From assembly GCA_019311115.1 (NCBI GenBank), contig JAFDDB010000002.1, forward strand, positions 25,572-89,571: a stretch of DNA of 64,000 bases, read 5' to 3'. Position 1 is the first letter of the stretch; each line of letters begins with the position of its first letter. Position numbers and translations under genes: made by a program. Below are positions 26,678 through 36,349 of this stretch, one piece after another. Source of the DNA: Deltaproteobacteria bacterium. GTDB taxonomy: Bacteria; Myxococcota_A; UBA9160; SZUA-336. The notes beneath the pieces were generated by a model. It ran no database searches and had not been told where the DNA came from. It worked only from the letters and a program-made list of their open reading frames with translations.

Positions 26678-27559
26678 TCAGGCCAGCGAGATCCAGGTGG
26701 CGCGGGCGCGCGCCAGGCAGGCGCCCGACGCGTCGTGGATCGCGGTCCCGGCGATTCCCTTTCGCCCCTCGAGCGCGATCGACCAGGCGCTCAGGACGAC
26801 GCGCTGGCCAGCCCGAAGGTCCGCGTGAAGCTGCGCGGCGAGCCGTCCCAGCACCAGCGGCTCGAGGCGCTGCGCCTCGGGGTCCTCGAGCAGCGGGAAG
26901 GCGCTCGGGCAGTCGAGTGCCGCCCAGATGAACTCGGGGCGCACGCGGCCGGCCGCGTCGCAGAGCGAGGCGTCCGGGATCCAGGCCGCTGCGGCCAGCC
27001 CGGGACCGGCGAGCCAGCCCGGGAAGACCCGCATCCCGTCCCCCGCCGCGCGATCGGGCCCGCAGACGAAGCAGCGCGGGAAGGGGTGCGTCTCGAAGGC
27101 CCGGCAGCGTCCGGCCACCGCCTCGGCCTGCGCGAATCCGGGCGGCGCCGGCACGTCGAGGGCGAGGTTCGTAGGCCGGGCCGTCGCCAGGACCCGGTCT
27201 CCATCGCGAAGCTCCAGCCCCGGCTCGCCGCTCCTGGACTCGGCGGGCTCCACCCGCAGAGCCTGGCCCAGCGGGGCGGGCGCGCGCAGGGTGACCTCGA
27301 CCGCGGCCGCACCCCGCCCACTCGCCCCCGCCGGCGCGGCCAGCCGGACGGCCAGCAGCCCCGCAACGTAGCCGCCGTTGCCCGTCTCGGGGGGCCCGCA
27401 GTAGCGCGGGTCGATCAGGAGGGTCCGGGCGGCGCCGGGCTCGGGGCTGGACACGGGCGGCTCTCCTCCGCGCGGCGCGATCTCGGGCCTCGCCCGGCCT
27501 CCGCCGCGCCCGCAGCTTGCGGAAAAACGCGCGTTCTGGAAACCGATCGGGGCCCCCAC
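26678..27559 (-). CDS. hypothetical protein, possibly TesB-like double-hotdog acyl-CoA thioesterase (start uncertain)
   Basis: TGNGGYVAGLLAV resembles the FGGQVVGQAL motif of TesB-type thioesterases. The length fits a double hotdog fold. The N-terminal 40 codons are Arg/Pro-rich and may not be translated. Confidence 0.35.
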   Translation of the reverse strand: MGAPIGFQNARFSASCGRGGGRARPEIAPRGGEPPVSSPEPGAARTLLIDPRYCGPPETGNGGYVAGLLAVRLAAPAGASGRGAAAVEVTLRAPAPLGQALRVEPAESRSGEPGLELRDGDRVLATARPTNLALDVPAPPGFAQAEAVAGRCRAFETHPFPRCFVCGPDRAAGDGMRVFPGWLAGPGLAAAAWIPDASLCDAAGRVRPEFIWAALDCPSAFPLLEDPEAQRLEPLVLGRLAAQLHADLRAGQRVVLSAWSIALEGRKGIAGTAIHDASGACLARARATWISLA

Positions 27560-27756
27560 GGCGTATTCTCAGTCAACATGGACGGCGATCCCGTACGCTC
27601 TTCCGGGCCCCTTTTTTCCTGCCGGCACCGAACTGTCCGCGCCCTTCCGCGGTCGGATGACGGTAGATTCGAACCGCCCGGATCGCGTATGCTCCGCGCC
27701 CGATGGACCGGGCAGGCGGATCCCCCCTGCGCCGTCTGACCATTGAGGAGAGACCC

Positions 27757-29106
27757 ATGCGTAGCGCAGCCCTGATGCTCAGCTTCGTCCTGCCGCTCGC
27801 GGCTTTCGGCCCCGGCCTGGCCGCGGCCCAGGAGTCGGTCGCCGAGGACGCCCGCCCCGGCATCCCGTTCAAGGAAGGGGATGTCATCAGCTTCGAAACG
27901 ATCGACAAGCTGAAGGACTACCTGCCCCCGGAGTTCTGGGAGCACCGCGAGTACTTCTTCTACGAGGGCATGGAGATCAAGATCGGCCCGACCGGCCGTG
28001 ACTACAGCCCCGCCGCCGCGTACCAGAAGTCGACTGCGGACCACGCGGCCAAGACGAGCATCGGACCCGATGGCGCGCTGATCGACTACCGCGCGGGGCA
28101 GCCCTTCCCGTCCGACGAGATCGACTGCAAGGGTGATCCCCAGGCCGGCAACAAGATCGCGTGGAACTTCGTCAAGCGCTGGAACGGCGACGGCTCGGAC
28201 GCGACCTGGTCGTACACCTACTGGGACCGCGGCGACCAGCTCCCGCTCTACTACAAGGGCACGGCCAAGGCGGTCGCCATGGCCTACCGCAGCGAGCCGA
28301 AGTACGACGAGACGAACGGCGACATCTTCAAGAACGAGCGGCGCATGAACGTGTTCGGCATCGAGGTGACCGAGCCTTTCGACGCACGCGGCATCCTGCT
28401 GCTGACCTACGCCTACAAGTCCGCCGACATGGGAGAGAAGGACGCCAAGAACGACGACACGTGGGTCTACGTGCCCGACCTTCGCCGCACGCGGCGCATC
28501 TCTCGCGCGCAGCGCACCGACTCCGTCCAGGGCACCGACTTCACCATGGACGACCTGAACAGCTTCGCCGGCAAGCCCCCGCAGTACACCTGGACGTGCC
28601 TCGGCGAGACGACGATCATCGCGCCGATGAACACGCAGTCGATGGCCTACCCGTACAACGAGGACTACAACTTCGGTCCCTACGGGTTCTCGTTCGCCAA
28701 CGACCTGTGGGAGGTGCGCGACGTCTGGATCATCCGGTTCGATCCGCGAAACGACGACCACCCGTACGCGTACAAGGACATCTACATCGACAAGCAGGCG
28801 ACCGAGCCGATGTACAGCTTCGCGTACGACCGCCGGAAGGAGCTCTGGAAGATCATCTGGCACAACAAGCGCTGGAGCGAGGACTGGCACACGGGCGACG
28901 AGCGCGCCAAGGGCGGCAACTGGTATCCCGGCTGGGAGGGCGTCGACAAGCCGAACGACCTGCGCATCGTCAGCGACATCATCGTGAACGTGCAGACCGG
29001 TACCGGGAATCGGATCGAGTACTGGGACTCGCACGGAAGGCCATTCACCAGCAAGGGACGAATCCGGCGGTACATCGACATCGGGCGCCTGAACAAGGGA
29101 CGCTAG
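27757..29106 (+). CDS. DUF1329-family secreted protein
   Basis: Signal peptide MRSAALMLSFVLPLAAFGPGLAAAQ. Trp/Tyr-rich body about 450 aa long, typical of DUF1329 (LolA-like) proteins. Local GC is lower than in neighbouring genes. Confidence 0.55.
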   Translation: MRSAALMLSFVLPLAAFGPGLAAAQESVAEDARPGIPFKEGDVISFETIDKLKDYLPPEFWEHREYFFYEGMEIKIGPTGRDYSPAAAYQKSTADHAAKTSIGPDGALIDYRAGQPFPSDEIDCKGDPQAGNKIAWNFVKRWNGDGSDATWSYTYWDRGDQLPLYYKGTAKAVAMAYRSEPKYDETNGDIFKNERRMNVFGIEVTEPFDARGILLLTYAYKSADMGEKDAKNDDTWVYVPDLRRTRRISRAQRTDSVQGTDFTMDDLNSFAGKPPQYTWTCLGETTIIAPMNTQSMAYPYNEDYNFGPYGFSFANDLWEVRDVWIIRFDPRNDDHPYAYKDIYIDKQATEPMYSFAYDRRKELWKIIWHNKRWSEDWHTGDERAKGGNWYPGWEGVDKPNDLRIVSDIIVNVQTGTGNRIEYWDSHGRPFTSKGRIRRYIDIGRLNKGR

Positions 29107-29131
29107 GCGTCGCTCTCTTCTGGGCCTTTTT

Positions 29132-29170
29132 GGGGCCCGGGTTCCTCTCGGGACCCGGGCCCCTTCTTTG
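29132..29170 (+). terminator. intrinsic terminator after DUF1329 gene
   Basis: The stem GGGGCCCGGG (29132-29141) pairs with CCCGGGCCCC (29154-29163) and is followed by TTCTTTG. Confidence 0.55.
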
Positions 29171-29435
29171 TGGAGGCGGCCCGCCTGCGCGCCTCCTGCG
29201 CACTGGGAGGAGCGGGGTGAAGAGGGGGGCGTGGGGGGCGTCTACAGGGATGCCTGTCTGTCTGGCTTGGGGGAGCGGGGTTCACAGGTTGGGAATTGTT
29301 GTTCACTGCCTGCCGGCGCTCGGGGCGGCGGCGGGTGTGCGGGGGGTGAGCAGAAGCGAGGATCAAGTGTGCGCCGGGATGCGGTGTTCTCGTTCGGGGG
29401 GCTCGACGGGCGCTTGGCTTGCATATAGGAGCCCC

Positions 29436-30722
29436 ATGCGCAGACTGTTCATCTCCCTAATTGCGTGCGGACCGCTGGCTTGCGGGTTCGCTCACGTCAA
29501 CCAGGACGCCGCCCAGCGACCCGACCGTGCGATGGGCACGGGGGCGACCCTGATGATGCCGGGGGACTCTCCACCCCGGCTGTCGGAGTACGATCCGTAC
29601 CGCATCGACGGCTCCGAACAGGGCTCGTCGCAGTCCCAGGGGCAGAGCCAGGGACAGCCTGCGCAGCCGACGCGCAGCGCAGGCCCGGCGACCTACGGCG
29701 GGACCGGCTCCGAGTCGTCGAACAGCGGCCCCGGCTCCAGCAGCGGGTCCAGCTCCGGCGGCAGTCCGCCGAGCGGGCCCGATATGACGATGATCGGCGG
29801 CTCGAGCGGCGAGTCGGATTCCGAGTACACGCTGCGCGACATGCCGCTCGGCCCACTGGCCGTGCTGTTCGGCTACCCGTTCTGGATCTTCGGCAAGACG
29901 CTGTCCGAGGAGGCCGACGAGGCGGTCGAGGAGCGCTCGTTGCCCGACCCCGAGCCCAAGCTCAAGCCACGTCCGAGCCACCCGCAGGACGTCGCCGAGC
30001 AGACGCGCCTGGAGCGCGAGAACGCCGAAATGGCCGAGGCCCTGCGCCGCAGCGCGCGCCCGGAGCCGGAGCCCATGTACACGGCCAACTCGAACGCGAT
30101 CCACGACGAACTGGCGGCCCTCGAGCGCTCGCTCGGACGGTCGCCGTCCCCTGCCCCTTCGCGATCCGCCTCGGGTTCCCCAGTAACCTCGCAGCCTCGG
30201 CGCCATGCCGACCGCGACGCGGACGGGCGCTCGGACGTCTGGTCGGAGACCGCTGCCGATGGTACGCGCCGCGAGACGCTCGACGAGAACGGCGATGGGC
30301 GCGTCGACCGCGTCAACTTCTACGACGCGGAGCATCGGCTGGCGAAGTCCGAGGAGGACCTCGACGGCGACGGCCGGCTCGAGACCGTGTCGAAGTACGA
30401 GGGCGGTGAGTTGACGCGCCGCACTGCCGACCAGGACGGCGACGGACGCCCCGACAGCTGGACGCACTACGAGGCCGGCGAGATGGTGCGCCACGAGGTC
30501 GACCAGGACCGCGACGGCCTGCGCGACCTATCGATGATCTACTCGTCCGGTGAGCTGGTCCGTGAAGAACAGGACCGCAATGCGGACGGGCGCCCCGACC
30601 TCATTTCGCACTACCGCAACGGCGAGGTGATCGAGAAGGCCGAGGACACCGACTACGACGGCCATCCCGACCTGCGCTCGTTCTACGAGCACGGCCGCCT
30701 GGTCCGCCGCGAGGTCAGCTGA
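29436..30722 (+). CDS. lipoprotein with Ser/Gly-rich linker and 7 tandem 24-aa DxDGDG (EF-hand-like Ca-binding) repeats
   Basis: ATG with an AGGAG SD. MRRLFISLIACG is a signal peptide with lipobox LIAC. A low-complexity SQGQSQGQ / GSSSGSSSGG region follows, then repeats such as DQDGDGRPDSWTHYEAGEMVRHEV and DRNADGRPDLISHYRNGEVIEKAE. This is the 3' third of the composite listed ORF 28161-30722. Confidence 0.65.
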   Translation: MRRLFISLIACGPLACGFAHVNQDAAQRPDRAMGTGATLMMPGDSPPRLSEYDPYRIDGSEQGSSQSQGQSQGQPAQPTRSAGPATYGGTGSESSNSGPGSSSGSSSGGSPPSGPDMTMIGGSSGESDSEYTLRDMPLGPLAVLFGYPFWIFGKTLSEEADEAVEERSLPDPEPKLKPRPSHPQDVAEQTRLERENAEMAEALRRSARPEPEPMYTANSNAIHDELAALERSLGRSPSPAPSRSASGSPVTSQPRRHADRDADGRSDVWSETAADGTRRETLDENGDGRVDRVNFYDAEHRLAKSEEDLDGDGRLETVSKYEGGELTRRTADQDGDGRPDSWTHYEAGEMVRHEVDQDRDGLRDLSMIYSSGELVREEQDRNADGRPDLISHYRNGEVIEKAEDTDYDGHPDLRSFYEHGRLVRREVS

Positions 30723-31213
30723 TGAGCTCGGCGCCGCCGACTGCGCGTGGCATCGCGGCGTTCGTCGCGGCGCTGTGGGTGAGCCTCACCATCGCCGAGC
30801 GTCCGCTCATGGCGCTCGTCGGGCAGGAGAGCGCGGTCCGCGACCGTGTCAACATCGTCCGCCGCCAGCACGAACTCGTGCAACTCCGCGGACACGACGC
30901 GCTCGCCCGGGTGGCGCGCGCGCACGCCGAAGAGATGGCGCGCGAGAACTACCTGGACCACGTGAACCCCAGCGGCCAGAACCCGCTCGACCGCGTACGC
31001 GCGGCGGGCATCGACGGGTTCCGCCTGCTCGCAGAGAACATCGGCACCACCACCATGCCCGGCGATCGCGTCACGTCGCTGATCGACGGGTGGATGGGAT
31101 CGCCGATCCACCGCGAAAACATCCTCAACCCGGCGTTCAACACGACCGGGATCGCGGTGGTGACTACGGCTGACGGGCGGACCATCGCGGTTCAGCTCTT
31201 CGCCACCTACTGA
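30722..31213 (+). CDS. CAP (SCP/PR-1/YkwD-like) domain protein
   Basis: HAEEMARENYLDHVNPSGQNPLDRVRAAG...GWMGSPIHRENIL matches the CAP domain. The ATG overlaps the upstream stop as TGATG. Confidence 0.7.
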   Translation: MSSAPPTARGIAAFVAALWVSLTIAERPLMALVGQESAVRDRVNIVRRQHELVQLRGHDALARVARAHAEEMARENYLDHVNPSGQNPLDRVRAAGIDGFRLLAENIGTTTMPGDRVTSLIDGWMGSPIHRENILNPAFNTTGIAVVTTADGRTIAVQLFATY

Positions 31214-31231
31214 GGGTTTCGCTTCTTCGGC

Positions 31232-31349
31232 GGCCGGACTGCGGGCCCGCCCGCGGGGACGGCTTCGCCGCCTGCCACGGTTCCTTCGAGGGGCGACGTC
31301 GGTAGAGGCGGCTGCAGATTGCCCCCGCGGGCGGACCCGCAGTCCGGCC
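31232..31349. repeat. 27-bp near-perfect inverted repeat flanking a 64-nt spacer
   Basis: ggccggactgcgggcccgcccgcgggg at 31232-31258 versus ccccgcgggcggacccgcagtccggcc at 31323-31349, with 26 of 27 positions complementary. It lies 19 nt after the CAP gene stop. Confidence 0.6.
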
Positions 31350-31593
31350 TCGCGCCGAGCGGGTTGCACGCGCGCTCCGCTTGTCTGCGCGGTCTGCCCG
31401 ATGAGTCGCGGGTCGCCGGGCTCCCGCTCGTGTCGAGCCTCTACCCACAGGGGAGGCAGGAGCCACGAGCCAGTCACCCCCACGAGCAGGCCCAGCCTCG
31501 ATCCCCGCACACGATCCAGCCCGAGCGAGCGAAGCGACGCGTCACCCTGACTGGCGCGAGCGGGTGGCGCGGAGACCGCGTGCACCTACAAAG

Positions 31594-32451
31594 CTAGGGG
31601 CGGAGCGTCGTCCTCAGCGAGCGGTCGTTCCAGTAGATCTCGATGGGGCGTGCGGGGTGGAAGCTCGCGGGGATGACCACGTAGCCGAGGACCAGCAGGC
31701 CGCCGTCGAGGGTTCCCGCATCGCCGACCAGGATTCCGACCTCGTCCGGGTCCGATTTTTCGGGCCGGAAGGTGCGGCCGTCCTGCACGACCAGGAAGTT
31801 CGGGTGGAACTTCGTGTCCATGACCGCCCGGGCGTAGAACGCGAGCACGCGGTGCTGGCTGGGATCAGAACCCAACTGGCGCAGGATGCGCTGCTCGAAG
31901 CCGTCCGAGTGCGCGAAGCGGATGCGCATCTCGTCCCGCCCGTGTGCGTCCTTCACGGCCAGCGTCGCAGGCGCAACGTTCTGGCGCAGGGCGATCAGCT
32001 TGACCAGGTCACCCAGCTCGGAATCTTCGAACCCGAAGTCCGGGCGGTGCACCTGCGGCGCAGCGACCCCGGTCCCGTCAACTCCTGCACCTGAAGGTGG
32101 GCCGGCCACGGTCCGGGTCTTGGGCGCGAGCGCGGCCTGGGCCTGCTCCGCCCGCAGGGCGCGCAGCCTCTGCGCCTGCTGGACCAGGTAGTACGGGTTG
32201 TTCGTGTTGCGGTGCTCCTGGTCCACGTACCACATGTACGGCTTGGGCAGCAGATCCGGCCGCAGCGGCGGCATCTCCGTCGGGTGCACGAAGTGCGGAT
32301 TGCGGCACGGCGCATCCTTCTCCTGCTGCACGATGAATCCACTCCCGTCCGGGCAGACGCCCGCGACCGGTTCCCCCATGGCGGGGCCCGCAGCCAGCGC
32401 GAGCCCAGCCCCCAGAACGGCTGTAGTGAGCTTTGACATGGCTCGGATCAT
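31594..32451 (-). CDS. hypothetical secreted protein
   Basis: Signal peptide M(IRAM)SKLTTAVLGAGLALAAGPAMG. No recognisable domain. An AT-rich island lies directly upstream. Confidence 0.5.
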   Translation of the reverse strand: MIRAMSKLTTAVLGAGLALAAGPAMGEPVAGVCPDGSGFIVQQEKDAPCRNPHFVHPTEMPPLRPDLLPKPYMWYVDQEHRNTNNPYYLVQQAQRLRALRAEQAQAALAPKTRTVAGPPSGAGVDGTGVAAPQVHRPDFGFEDSELGDLVKLIALRQNVAPATLAVKDAHGRDEMRIRFAHSDGFEQRILRQLGSDPSQHRVLAFYARAVMDTKFHPNFLVVQDGRTFRPEKSDPDEVGILVGDAGTLDGGLLVLGYVVIPASFHPARPIEIYWNDRSLRTTLRP

Positions 32452-32514
32452 ACATCATCTATACATCATAAGTAACTGATTTATTTGATGATTCAGTGCG
32501 CTCTTGCCGCACAT

Positions 32515-33372
32515 CTACTGCCGTCTCGTGTGCTCCGCGTGAGCTCGCAGGCGCTCCAGGGCCGCGTGCTCGTGAGGCGTCACGACCCGCCACTGGCCCG
32601 CGCGCAGCCCCCGAAGCCGCAACGGGCCGAAGCGCGTGCGCAGCAGCTTGCGCACCGGGTGGCCGAGCGTGCGCAGCAGCTCGCGGATCTGCCGGCGCCG
32701 CCCCTCGACGAGCGTCATCTCGAGCAGCGTGCGGTCGCCCTGCGTCTCGACGACCGACGCCTCGCACGGAGCCGTGCGCTTGCCGCGCAGCGTGATGCCG
32801 CGGCGGATGCGCCGCAGCGACGCCTCGCCGACCCGGCCCGACACGGTGACGCGGTAGGTGCGTGGCACCTCGAAGGACGGGTGCAGCATGGCCTGCGCGA
32901 GCTCGCCGTCGTTCGTCAACAGCAGCAGCCCCTCGCTCGGCGCGTCGAGGCGCCCCACCGGGAAGAGCCTCTCGTGGTCCGGCACCAACTCGAGCACCGT
33001 GTGCGCGGCGTGCGGATCCCGGGTCGTGGTCACGACACCGCGCGGCTTGTTCAGCACGTAGTGCCGTCGGGGTCCGCTACGACGGATGGGCTCGCCGTCC
33101 ACCTCGATGCGGTCGCGCACGGGGTCGGCGCGCGTGCCGAGCTCGCTCACGATGGTCCCGTTGACGGACACGCGTCCGTCCCGGATCAGCGTCTCGGACG
33201 CTCGCCGCGACGCCACCCCGGCTGCGGCGAGGATCTTCTGGATCCGCTCGCCGCGCCCGGTCTCCTCGTCGCCGCCGTCGCGCGACGGCCGGGCGTCAGG
33301 CCTTCGGGGCTTCCGCCTCCTCGCCGCCACCGCCCTCCTCCACCCTGGGATCGCCGCCAGCGGCGGCCCCAT
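32515..33372 (-). CDS. rluB: 23S rRNA pseudouridine synthase (RsuA/RluB family)
   Basis: S4 domain ERIQKILAAAGVASRRASETLIRDGRVSVNG, catalytic motif GRLDAPSEGLLLLTNDG, and an Arg-rich C-terminal tail. The 5' end overlaps the scpB 3' end. Confidence 0.8.
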   Translation of the reverse strand: MGPPLAAIPGWRRAVAARRRKPRRPDARPSRDGGDEETGRGERIQKILAAAGVASRRASETLIRDGRVSVNGTIVSELGTRADPVRDRIEVDGEPIRRSGPRRHYVLNKPRGVVTTTRDPHAAHTVLELVPDHERLFPVGRLDAPSEGLLLLTNDGELAQAMLHPSFEVPRTYRVTVSGRVGEASLRRIRRGITLRGKRTAPCEASVVETQGDRTLLEMTLVEGRRRQIRELLRTLGHPVRKLLRTRFGPLRLRGLRAGQWRVVTPHEHAALERLRAHAEHTRRQ

Positions 33373-34033
33373 CTGCCGGGTCGGCGCCCAGCTCGATCTC
33401 CGGCCGCGCGCCCGCTTCCACGTCCACAGGGCCTTCCTCGTCTGGCTCGAGATCGTCCGCAGAGTCCTCCTCCGCCTCCGCCTCAGCGATGGGCGTGCCG
33501 TGCTCCTCGTACAGGTCCACGATCTCGCGCAGCTCGGGCAGGTCGCGGAGGGACTTGAGGCCGAAGGTCTCCAGGAAGTTCGCGCTCGTCCCGTACAGCA
33601 CCGGACGTCCGGGCGCGTCGCGCCTGCCGACGATGCGGATCAGGTGGCGATCGAGCAGGCTCTTCAGCACTGCGCCGCAGTCCACGCAGCGAAGCTCCTC
33701 GATCTCGGCACGCGTGATCGGCTGGCGGTAGGCGATGACCGAGACGGTCTCGAGGGCCGGACGCGAGAGGCGCGTGCGCCGCTCCGGCTGGGCCGACAGG
33801 ATCAAGTCGCCGAACTCGGGCCGCGTGCGGAAGCGGTAGCCGCCGGCCGCCTCGACGATCTCGTAAGGGCGGCCGTCGCGCACCAGTTCCTCGTTGATCT
33901 GCTTCACGTGTTCGCCGATCTCGGCCGGCGCGAGCCTGGGCAGGGCGCGGCGTAGCTGCGCCACCGTCGCGGGGCCCGCTGCGGCGAAGATCAGCGCCTC
34001 GAGTGAAGTCCGGATCGCGTCGTCGTCAGCCAC
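33296..34033 (-). CDS. scpB: segregation and condensation protein B
   Basis: GTG start (VADDDAIRTSLEALIFAA) overlapping the scpA stop. Winged-helix ScpB core with an acidic C-terminal tail. Confidence 0.8.
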   Translation of the reverse strand: MADDDAIRTSLEALIFAAAGPATVAQLRRALPRLAPAEIGEHVKQINEELVRDGRPYEIVEAAGGYRFRTRPEFGDLILSAQPERRTRLSRPALETVSVIAYRQPITRAEIEELRCVDCGAVLKSLLDRHLIRIVGRRDAPGRPVLYGTSANFLETFGLKSLRDLPELREIVDLYEEHGTPIAEAEAEEDSADDLEPDEEGPVDVEAGARPEIELGADPADGAAAGGDPRVEEGGGGEEAEAPKA

Positions 34034-34982
34034 TCTCCCCCTCCTGCACTGCGTCCCCGTGCTCTTCATCCTCCGGCCCCGCATCCTCGGAGGGTTCGTC
34101 GGGCGGCACGGCCAGGTGGACGCGGATCGGGCCGTGCGGACGGCCCTCTGGCGTCGCATTCTGGAAGATGCGCAGCGCCTGGATCTTGGCCAGCTCGAGG
34201 ATCGCAAGGAACGTCATGAGCAGGACGTGCCTCGTACCGCTCGCCCCGCGCAGCAGGTCCTCGAACAGGATCGGCACGCCGGCTCCGGCGCGCAGCAAGT
34301 CCATGACCGCCAGCATCCGGTCCTGCGCGGTCACGCGCTCACGGATGACCTCGTGGTGGCGCGCCTCGGCGGGCAACTCCGCCAGCACCCGGCGCATGGC
34401 GTCGATCAGGTCGGCGACGTTGACCGAGAGCACGGGCTCGCGCGCCGGCAACTCCGAACGGTCCGGCTCCCCGCCGAAGACGTCGCGGCCCAGGCGCGGG
34501 CGCTCGCCCAGCTCGGCCGCCGCCTCCTTGAACACGGCGTACTCCGCCAGGCGCCGGGCCAGCTCCGCACGCGGATCCCCGCCTTCTGCGTCGTCCGCAT
34601 CCGGGTCGACCGGAAGCAGCATGCGCGACTTGATGTGCGCCAGCGTCGCGGCCATGACCAGGTACTCGGCGGCGACGTCGATGTCGAGCCACTGCATCAG
34701 CTCCAGGTACTCGACGTACTGCGCGGAGATCAGCGCGATCGGGATGTCCGTGACGTCGACTTCGTTCGTGCGGATCAGGTGCAGCAGCAGGTCGAGCGGG
34801 CCCTCGAAGATCGGCAGCTTGACGCCGCGCCAGCTCCGCGACCCGTTGGATCCGGTCGACGGCGAGGCGTCGTCGGCGACAGCGGTCTGAACGCCGTGGC
34901 CTCCGTCGGCGTGAGTGGCGTCGGCGTGAGCGGCGTCGGCGGGTTCGGGGTGCGATTCGATCACGGCTCCGTCGGTTCCCAT
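34026..34982 (-). CDS. scpA: segregation and condensation protein A
   Basis: LPIFEGPLDLLLHLIRTNEVDVTDIPIALISAQYVEYL matches the ScpA signature. Confidence 0.8.
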   Translation of the reverse strand: MGTDGAVIESHPEPADAAHADATHADGGHGVQTAVADDASPSTGSNGSRSWRGVKLPIFEGPLDLLLHLIRTNEVDVTDIPIALISAQYVEYLELMQWLDIDVAAEYLVMAATLAHIKSRMLLPVDPDADDAEGGDPRAELARRLAEYAVFKEAAAELGERPRLGRDVFGGEPDRSELPAREPVLSVNVADLIDAMRRVLAELPAEARHHEVIRERVTAQDRMLAVMDLLRAGAGVPILFEDLLRGASGTRHVLLMTFLAILELAKIQALRIFQNATPEGRPHGPIRVHLAVPPDEPSEDAGPEDEEHGDAVQEGESG

Positions 34983-35055
34983 GCCTCGGTACGTGTTTTG
35001 GGAGCGTACAGGCGGGGGCGTACAGAGAGGACGTGCAGAGGAGTGCGGCGCGAAG

Positions 35056-36330
35056 CTAACGAATGTCCTGATGCCGGGCCAACCAGCGGCGCAGCCAGGC
35101 GTCGTCCACGGGGCCCCCGTCGAGGGAACGCGCGCGCGCGGCGCGCAGCAGTTCCCCGACGGCGGGACCGCGCAGGCCCAGCTCCCGGGCGTCCTCTCCG
35201 GTCAGGGGATCGGCTACGTGACGCAGGCGCCCGGCGTAGCGCGCGACGTTGCGGGGTACCGGGGCGGCGCCCGTACACCAACTGAGGAGCAACGCCTCCT
35301 CGCTGGCGTCCGACAGGTGCGCATCCAGCCGCCCTCCGGAGAGGGGCCGCGCCAGCGGACGGCGCAGCTCCACGGTGCGGCGCAGGTCCCCGCGCACCTG
35401 GTCGGCGGGCCGGCCGCGCACGGCGAGCCGTTCGAGCACTCGCGGGCGGTGGCGTGGCGCGACGTCGAAGAGCAGCAGGCGCAGGCCGCAGCCCTGGCGC
35501 GCATCCGGCGCCCCGTGCCACGGCGGGTCCGCTGTGGCGCGGACCAGGCGCCGCAGTCCCGCTCTCGCCGCGTCTCCGACCTCCCAGCCGCGGGCGATCG
35601 CGCCGAAGAGCCCGACGCGCCGCGTGGCCGTGGCTGCGCGCGCCGGATCCGGCTCCTCGATCAGCCGCTCGATCTCGTGGCGGATCCGGTCGCCCGACAC
35701 GCGGTCGAGCGCTCCGCCCTCGACGGCGGAGCGCAGCAGCCGCGCCGTCGGGGGGTCGTAGCGGAAGCCGAGCCGCGCGCCGTAGCGCGCTGCGCGAAGC
35801 AGGCGGGTGGGGTCGTCCAGGAAGCTGCGTTCGTGCAGGCAGCGCAGGCGCCCCCGCTCCAGGTCGGCGCGCCCGCCGAGCGGATCCAGCAGTCCCCGGC
35901 CCGAGCGCGCGTCGAGTGGCAGGGCCATGGCGTTCACGCTGAAGTCCCGCCGCGCGAAGTCCTCCTCGATCGACGCCGGTTCGACCTCGGGCAGCGCGCC
36001 GGAGCGCGCATAACTCTCGCGCCGCGCGCGCGACAGGTCGATGCGCAGCCCAGGCCGCTCGATCGTCGCGGTCAGAAAGCGCGCCCTCAGCACGACCTGG
36101 GCGCGCAGCCGCTCCGCGGACCGCTGCGTCACCGTCTCGAGACCGCGCGTGAGCAGCACGTCCAGGTCACCCACGGGCCGGCGCAGCAGCAGGTCCCGGA
36201 CGGGTCCGCCGACCAGGAAGGCGCCGGCCTTCGCCCGGGCCGCCTCTTCGGCAATTACCGCGAGCGCCTCCGCGTCCGGACCCAGCGCGCTCGCGAGGCG
36301 CCGACGCAGTCCCGACGCCCGGTCGCTCAT
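35056..36330 (-). CDS. cca: tRNA nucleotidyltransferase (CCA-adding enzyme)/poly(A) polymerase family
   Basis: PolyA_pol head motif FLVGGPVRDLLLRRPVGDLDVL. Confidence 0.7.
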   Translation of the reverse strand: MSDRASGLRRRLASALGPDAEALAVIAEEAARAKAGAFLVGGPVRDLLLRRPVGDLDVLLTRGLETVTQRSAERLRAQVVLRARFLTATIERPGLRIDLSRARRESYARSGALPEVEPASIEEDFARRDFSVNAMALPLDARSGRGLLDPLGGRADLERGRLRCLHERSFLDDPTRLLRAARYGARLGFRYDPPTARLLRSAVEGGALDRVSGDRIRHEIERLIEEPDPARAATATRRVGLFGAIARGWEVGDAARAGLRRLVRATADPPWHGAPDARQGCGLRLLLFDVAPRHRPRVLERLAVRGRPADQVRGDLRRTVELRRPLARPLSGGRLDAHLSDASEEALLLSWCTGAAPVPRNVARYAGRLRHVADPLTGEDARELGLRGPAVGELLRAARARSLDGGPVDDAWLRRWLARHQDIR

Positions 36331-36349
36331 GCCCCGACGCGCTCGCCGA

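Noticed and set aside
27415-29034. Minus-strand ORF 27415-29034 (539 aa)
   Set aside because: It is antisense to the DUF1329 gene. The product is a Val/Arg/Asp-rich repeat with no domain.
28161-29435. 5' two-thirds of listed ORF 28161-30722
   Set aside because: This is an alternative frame of the DUF1329 gene plus the non-coding G-rich leader. Only the segment from the ATG at 29436 (with SD) encodes the lipoprotein.
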